Below, in pieces: positions 6,108 through 10,582 of a DNA stretch of 10,582 bases (within the stretch, counting starts at the first letter, position 1; every line of letters starts with the position of its first letter). Origin of the DNA: a virus (taxonomy: Duplodnaviria; Heunggongvirae; Uroviricota; Caudoviricetes); the IMG/VR virus record IMGVR_UViG_3300012275_000009. One strand, written 5' to 3'. Under the pieces are notes generated by a model, which saw only the letters and a list, made by a program, of their open reading frames with translations, made no database searches and was not told where the DNA came from. Position numbers and translations under genes: made by a program.

Positions 6108-6584
6108 ATGCAGGTACTAAATTCCCAGCGTAAAGCTTTCCTCGATATGGTGGCATGGTCAGAAGGAACGGATAACGGGCGACAACCGACACGTAATCAC
6201 GGTTATGATGTTATTGTTGGCGGAGAACTGTTTACTGATTATTCTGATCACCCTCGCAAACTTGTCACGCTAAACCCCAAACTCAAATCAACAGCCGCCG
6301 GACGTTATCAGCTTCTTTCACGCTGGTGGGATGCCTACCGCAAGCAGCTTGCTCTGAAAGACTTCTCCCCCAAAAGCCAGGATGCTGTGGCACTGCAACA
6401 GATTAAAGAGCGTGGCGCTTTACCGATGATTGATCGCGGTGATATTCGTCAGGCAATCGACCGTTGCAGCAATATCTGGGCGTCGTTACCCGGTGCAGGT
6501 TACGGTCAGTATGAACATAAAATCGGTGATTTGATTGCCCGGTTTAAAGAGGCTGGTGGGGTGGTAAATGAAGCTGAGCTATAA
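6108..6584 (+). CDS. R: Endolysin, lambda R-type lytic transglycosylase
   Basis: The 158-aa translation (QRKAFLDMVAWSEGTDNGRQPTRNHGYDVIVGGELFTDYSDHPRKLVTLNPKLKSTAAGRYQLLSRWWDAYRKQLALKDFSPKSQDAVALQQIKERGALPMIDRGDIRQAIDRCSNIWASLPGAGYGQYEHK) is near-identical, from memory, to lambda R, including the catalytic EGT motif. RBS AAGGAG at 6097-6102. Confidence 0.93.
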   Translation: MQVLNSQRKAFLDMVAWSEGTDNGRQPTRNHGYDVIVGGELFTDYSDHPRKLVTLNPKLKSTAAGRYQLLSRWWDAYRKQLALKDFSPKSQDAVALQQIKERGALPMIDRGDIRQAIDRCSNIWASLPGAGYGQYEHKIGDLIARFKEAGGVVNEAEL

Positions 6585-6859
6585 GCTGGTTATCGCTGGT
6601 TTCTTCGTTACTGTCATTGGTTCTTTCATCTGGTCGGCCAACCACTACTACAGCAAATATCAGTACGAAAAGAAACGTGCTGATGAGGCTGTACGAAATG
6701 CTGAATCAGCAACTGCCATTACCAATAACGTCCTGCAATCACTACAAATCGTCAATACAGTTCTGGAGGCTAACCAGCATGCAAAACAGCAGATCGCACT
6801 GGAGTCACAGAGAGCCCAGGAAGATATCAAAGTGGCTGTTGCGGATGATGATTGTGCTT
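6568..6859 (+). CDS. Rz: Rz-like i-spanin, 5-prime portion only (3-prime end lost in N-run 6860-6988)
   Basis: The start overlaps the end of R. It has an N-terminal TM segment (LVIAGFFVTVIGSFIWSA) followed by a coiled-coil-like, charged region (YEKKRADEAVRNAESATAITNNVLQSLQIVNTVLEANQHAKQQIALESQRAQEDIKVAV), the topology and position of lambda Rz. The ORF-track continuation to 7131 depends on an untrustworthy gap length, and the post-gap peptide does not resemble an Rz C-terminus. Confidence 0.7.
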
Positions 6860-6988
6860 NNNNNNNNNNNNNNNNNNNNNNNNNNNNNNNNNNNNNNNNN
6901 NNNNNNNNNNNNNNNNNNNNNNNNNNNNNNNNNNNNNNNNNNNNNNNNNNNNNNNNNNNNNNNNNNNNNNNNNNNNNNNNNNNNNNNN
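6860..6988. other. Unresolved N-run (129 nt) covering the expected Rz 3-prime end and embedded Rz1
   Basis: Seen directly. True length is unknown, as shown by the first N-run. Confidence 0.95.
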
Positions 6989-7208
6989 CCAATCCTCTGA
7001 CTTATGGGGATAGTCTTAGTTTGAATGTAAGTCTGCTATCAGCACTGGGGCTATGTAACCGTGATAAGTCTGATCTTCGTAGGTTAGGAGAGCAAAAGTT
7101 CAATCTGCATTTGAATAATAATATTCATTAGGTGAAATATTATTATTTGACTGTTCTAGTTATTATGCTTTTAGTTACAATACTCTCACTATTAACAGTG
7201 AGGTAAAA

Positions 7209-7763
7209 ATGAACGAAAATTATATTGCATATGAGACACTTGTAGCAAACCGTGCTGCTGCTGAGTGGGCTTGTTGGGCAATGATTGCATCTTGGGTGAG
7301 TGCTGGAGCTACTATTGTTACTTTGTTTTTGGCGTTCAAGGCATTGTTTACGTGGCGGGAACAAGAGAAAACAAAAGTAAAAATAGATTTTAGGAATGCA
7401 TTAAAGAAATTAAAGACAGCTCTATTATTTATGCCTGTCAATATTGACCCCGAGCAACTCAATGATGAACGAGAGCAAGTTATTGCGAAATGGCTATTTA
7501 AAGATGTAGATCTTATTAGTCAGCAAATTGAGTTGGGAGAAGAGAATGTTAAAAGATTTGATGAACTTTTGAGTATTTTCGATTGTTGCCAGTCTTCATG
7601 GTTTGCGACAGAGCACTTATTTGATAATACTGAGTTAGAAAAAGTTTGGCATGAGTTCGAGTCTAACTTTAATAAATATATAAATGGTGGTGAGAGTAAG
7701 GATTTACTTATGAAAATGCTTGATAAGCTCATCTCTTCTAGATTTGTATTTGAGTCAAGATAA
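7209..7763 (+). CDS. Hypothetical single-TM protein in an AT-rich island (moron candidate)
   Basis: 184-aa ORF with RBS GAGG (7200-7203) 5 nt upstream of the ATG. Markedly AT-rich with A/T-ending codons, unlike the flanking genes. It has one hydrophobic segment (AAAEWACWAMIASWVSAGATIVTLFLAFKALF) followed by a charged helical region. Upstream lie TTGACT (7147-7152) and TACAAT (7176-7181), but their 23-nt spacing is too long to form one canonical promoter. I recognise no family. Confidence 0.6.
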   Translation: MNENYIAYETLVANRAAAEWACWAMIASWVSAGATIVTLFLAFKALFTWREQEKTKVKIDFRNALKKLKTALLFMPVNIDPEQLNDEREQVIAKWLFKDVDLISQQIELGEENVKRFDELLSIFDCCQSSWFATEHLFDNTELEKVWHEFESNFNKYINGGESKDLLMKMLDKLISSRFVFESR

Positions 7764-7813
7764 TTGCCTTTGAGCATTTTTCTTTATTATTTTACTTATT
7801 ATAAATTTTTTAT

Positions 7814-8164
7814 ATGCCCCCTAGAATCCCAAAAGCCTGCCGTGTTCGCGGCTGCCGCTCTACAACCACGGACCCGTCAGGCTACTGCGAAAGCCACAAA
7901 AGCGAAGGCTGGAAGCAATACAAACCTGGACAATCCCGTCATCAGCGCGGTTATGGTTCGAAGTGGGATGTTATCCGCGTGCGTGTTCTGAAGCGTGACA
8001 AAGGCCTGTGTCAGTTATGTCTGCGTGCTGGTGTGGTGCGTGAGGCGAAAACTGTTGACCACATCATCCCTAAAGCGCATGGCGGCACTGATGCTGACAG
8101 TAATCTGCAGAGTCTGTGCTGGCCGTGTCATAAGGCGAAGACGGCCCGTGAACGGTTAAAGTGA
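7814..8164 (+). CDS. HNH endonuclease, packaging-associated
   Basis: 116-aa protein with CRVRGC...C..H zinc-finger cysteines and the HNH core (CQLCLRAG...VDHIIPKAHGGTDADSNLQSLCWPCHKAKT), located immediately upstream of terS/terL as in HK97-like cos phages. No clear SD upstream of the ATG. Confidence 0.85.
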   Translation: MPPRIPKACRVRGCRSTTTDPSGYCESHKSEGWKQYKPGQSRHQRGYGSKWDVIRVRVLKRDKGLCQLCLRAGVVREAKTVDHIIPKAHGGTDADSNLQSLCWPCHKAKTARERLK

Positions 8165-8190
8165 TAATAATTCTCAACTGTCTGAGGGGA

Positions 8191-8250
8191 GGGGCGGGTC
8201 AAATCCCTGCAGCCTGACGTCTTCCGGACTGCCCGCCCCATCGTTTTTTT
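8191..8250 (+). other. GC-rich inverted repeat plus T-tract between HNH and terS (terminator and/or cos-region candidate)
   Basis: GGGGCGGG (8191-8198) and its exact reverse complement CCCGCCCC (8232-8239) flank a 33-nt spacer, followed by atcgTTTTTTT (8240-8250). Confidence 0.35.
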
Positions 8251-8289
8251 ATACCCGCGAAAAATGAAATTTAACCAGGAGTGCCGCAT

Positions 8290-8784
8290 ATGGCTGGAAC
8301 GGCGGGGCGTTCCGGGCGTCGCCCCAAGCCAACGGCGCGCAAGGCGCGGGCCGGAAACCCCGGCAAGCGAGCCCTGAATAAAGATGAACCTGTTTTTACG
8401 CCCATCAAAGGTGTTGAGCCACCGGAGTGGTTCGCTGAAGAAGATCTCCCTCTCGCTACGATCATGTGGCAACTGACAACTAAAGAACTCTGCGGTCAGG
8501 GCCTGCTGTGCGTGACTGACCTCGCGGTGCTTGAGCGGTGGTGCGTGGCCTACGAGTTCTGGCGACGTGCCGTGAAAAATATTGCCAGACAGGGCAACAC
8601 CATCACCGGTGCAATGGGCGGCAGGGTCAAAAATCCGGAGCTGACCGCCAAAAAAGAACAGGAGTCCGAGATGAGCAGTACGGGGGCAATGCTCGGACTC
8701 GACCCCAGCAGCCGCCAGCGTCTGATTGGCCTGGCGGGGCAGAAGAAAGCCACTAACCCGTTTCTGAAAATCATCGAATCATGA
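8290..8784 (+). CDS. Terminase small subunit, P27 family
   Basis: RBS AGGAG (8276-8280) then ATG at 8290. The N-terminus [22 protein letters not shown]... and the [22 protein letters not shown] region are typical of P27-family TerS proteins; the position is directly upstream of TerL. The in-frame GTG at 8281 is less likely to be the start. Confidence 0.85.
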   Translation: MAGTAGRSGRRPKPTARKARAGNPGKRALNKDEPVFTPIKGVEPPEWFAEEDLPLATIMWQLTTKELCGQGLLCVTDLAVLERWCVAYEFWRRAVKNIARQGNTITGAMGGRVKNPELTAKKEQESEMSSTGAMLGLDPSSRQRLIGLAGQKKATNPFLKIIES

Positions 8785-10514
8785 GCCGGAAATCTTACCC
8801 CAACGTAAATGCTGCCAATCAGTATGCCCGTGATGTCGTGCGCGGAAAGATTGTGGCCTGCCAGTTTGTGATTCAGGCCTGCCAGCGCCATCTTGATGAC
8901 CTGATGGCGGAAAAAAGTAAGTCGTTTCGTTACCGCTTCGACAAGGACCTGGCTGAACGGGCCGCGAAATTTATTCAGCTGTTGCCGCACACTAAGGGTG
9001 AGTGGGCATTTAAGAGGATGCCCATCACGCTGGAGCCGTGGCAGCTCTTTGTGATCTGCTGCGCGTTTGGCTGGGTCAATAAAGGCTCCCGGCTGCGCCG
9101 CTTCCGTGAGGTGTATACCGAAATCCCCCGTAAGAACGGCAAATCGGCAATCTCTGCCGGTGTCGCCCTGTATTGTTTTGCCTGTGATAACGAGTTCGGC
9201 GCGGAAGTGTATTCCGGTGCCACGACGGAGAAACAGGCATGGGAAGTCTTTCGTCCGGCAAGACTGATGTGTAAACGCACACCCATGCTGACGGAAGCGT
9301 TCGGGATTGAGGTTAACGCCTCAAACATGAACCGTCCGGAGGATGGTGCGCGTTTTGAACCGCTGATCGGTAACCCCGGTGATGGTTCATCACCCCACTG
9401 TGCGGTGGTGGATGAATATCACGAGCACGCCACAGATGCGCTTTACACCACGATGCTTACCGGGATGGGGGCGCGACGTCAGCCACTGATGTGGGCTATC
9501 ACTACCGCCGGGTACAACATTGAGGGGCCGTGCTACGACAAACGGCGGGAAGTCATCGAGATGCTCAACGGCTCGGTGCCTAACGATGAACTGTTCGGGA
9601 TCATCTATACCGTTGATGAAGGTGACGACTGGACCGACCCGCAGGTGCTGGAAAAAGCCAATCCAAATATTGGCGTGTCGGTTTATCGCGAATTTTTGTT
9701 AAGTCAGCAGCAGCGTGCGAAAAATAACGCCCGTCTGGCAAACGTCTTTAAAACAAAACACCTCAATATCTGGGTGTCGGCGCGTTCGGCGTATTTCAAC
9801 CTGGTGAGCTGGCAGAGCTGCGAGGATAAATCACTGACCCTTGAGCAGTTCGAGGGGCAGCCGTGCATTCTGGCCTTTGACCTGGCGCGTAAGCTGGATA
9901 TGAACAGCATGGCGCGACTTTATACCCGCGAGATTGACGGTAAAACGCATTACTACAGTGTGGCCCCGCGTTTCTGGGTACCGTATGACACGGTGTACAG
10001 CGTCGAGAAAAATGAAGATCGCCGGACAGCCGAACGCTTTCAGAAATGGGTGGAAATGGGCGTTCTGACCGTTACCGATGGTGCGGAGGTGGATTATCGC
10101 TACATCCTCGAGGAGGCCAAAGCGGCGAACAAAATCAGCCCGGTCAGTGAGTCACCCATCGACCCCTTCGGGGCGACCGGGTTGTCACATGACCTTGCTG
10201 ATGAAGACCTGAACCCCATCACTATCATTCAGAACTACACCAACATGTCCGACCCGATGAAAGAGCTGGAAGCGGCAATTGAATCGGGGCGCTTTCATCA
10301 TGATGGCAATCCCATCATGACCTGGTGTATCGGCAACGTGGTCGGCAAAACCATTCCGGGTAACGATGATGTGGTGAAGCCCGTCAAAGAGCAGGCGGAA
10401 AACAAAATCGATGGTGCAGTTGCGCTGATTATGGCGGTTGGCAGAGCCATGCTGTACGAGAAAGAAGACACGCTGTCTGACCACATTGAGTCCTATGGGA
10501 TCCGCTCGCTTTAA
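8781..10514 (+). CDS. Terminase large subunit
   Basis: 577-aa ORF whose start overlaps the terS stop (ATGA). It has a Walker A-like P-loop ([12 protein letters not shown]), an acidic Walker B-like segment ([10 protein letters not shown]) and a C-terminal nuclease-like region with conserved Asp residues ([13 protein letters not shown]). Size and position fit a TerL ATPase/nuclease. Confidence 0.9.
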   Translation: MSRKSYPNVNAANQYARDVVRGKIVACQFVIQACQRHLDDLMAEKSKSFRYRFDKDLAERAAKFIQLLPHTKGEWAFKRMPITLEPWQLFVICCAFGWVNKGSRLRRFREVYTEIPRKNGKSAISAGVALYCFACDNEFGAEVYSGATTEKQAWEVFRPARLMCKRTPMLTEAFGIEVNASNMNRPEDGARFEPLIGNPGDGSSPHCAVVDEYHEHATDALYTTMLTGMGARRQPLMWAITTAGYNIEGPCYDKRREVIEMLNGSVPNDELFGIIYTVDEGDDWTDPQVLEKANPNIGVSVYREFLLSQQQRAKNNARLANVFKTKHLNIWVSARSAYFNLVSWQSCEDKSLTLEQFEGQPCILAFDLARKLDMNSMARLYTREIDGKTHYYSVAPRFWVPYDTVYSVEKNEDRRTAERFQKWVEMGVLTVTDGAEVDYRYILEEAKAANKISPVSESPIDPFGATGLSHDLADEDLNPITIIQNYTNMSDPMKELEAAIESGRFHHDGNPIMTWCIGNVVGKTIPGNDDVVKPVKEQAENKIDGAVALIMAVGRAMLYEKEDTLSDHIESYGIRSL

Positions 10515-10526
10515 CTGAGGTAATTA

Positions 10527-10582
10527 TGATCATGCTGATTCTCGCGCCTCTGGTGGGCGTGCTGGGGGCGCTTTTGCTGGCG
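10527..10582 (+). CDS. Start of downstream ORF (partial), hydrophobic N-terminus
   Basis: ATG at 10527 with GAGGT 6 nt upstream; it encodes MIMLILAPLVGVLGALLLA and runs off the window. Too short to classify. Confidence 0.3.

Noticed and set aside
6617-7000. 127-aa +1-frame ORF inside Rz as a full-length protein
   Set aside because: The visible N-terminal 76 residues have no signal peptide or motif; only the final Met-Met start near 6845 is plausible as Rz1, and this is reported separately at low confidence.
6568-7131. Continuous 187-aa Rz ORF as drawn in the ORF track
   Set aside because: Continuity depends on the 129-nt N-run being the true length, which the first N-run shows is not reliable. 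The post-gap peptide (NPLTYGDSLSLNVSLLSALGLCNRDK...) is AT-rich and unlike an Rz C-terminus. Only 6568-6859 is annotated.
7181-7200. Possible SOS box upstream of the AT-rich gene (CTCT-cactatta-ACAG)
   Set aside because: The left half-site is CTCT rather than the essential CTGT and the spacer is not AT-alternating; a scan by eye for CTGT-N8-ACAG found no convincing LexA box anywhere in the window.
1-10582. CRISPR arrays, tRNA or rRNA genes, integrase or attachment sites
   Set aside because: No regularly spaced direct repeats, no tRNA-like cloverleaf candidates noticed in the intergenic regions, and no integrase-like ORF; the window appears to be internal to the prophage.

Overview
The window reads as a contiguous late-early to late segment of a lambdoid (Qin/lambda-like) enterobacterial prophage, with every supported gene on the + strand. 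Order: 3-prime end of a replication-module protein, then a nin-like region (PerC/ANR-like regulator, phage Dam-type N6-adenine methyltransferase, LexA DNA-binding-domain-only protein, RusA resolvase, KilA-N protein, DUF968-like Cys/His protein), a Q antiterminator, the lysis cassette (S-like holin, lambda R-type endolysin, Rz spanin), and the start of the packaging module (HNH endonuclease, P27-family small terminase, large terminase). Several genes overlap by stop/start (TAATG at 1158; ATGA at 1808, 2131, 8781), consistent with translational coupling. Two AT-rich islands interrupt this GC-balanced backbone at classical moron positions and are the best candidates for undescribed accessory functions: a small Cys-rich ORF flanked by terminator-like hairpins between Q and the holin (about 5101-5760), and a 184-aa single-TM protein between the lysis cassette and HNH/terminase (about 6989-7810). 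Two N-runs (331-382, 6860-6988) interrupt two genes; the reading frame shifts across the first, so N-run lengths cannot be trusted. No rRNA, tRNA or CRISPR array was recognised. All family assignments come from reading the translations and recalling motifs; no database search was run.
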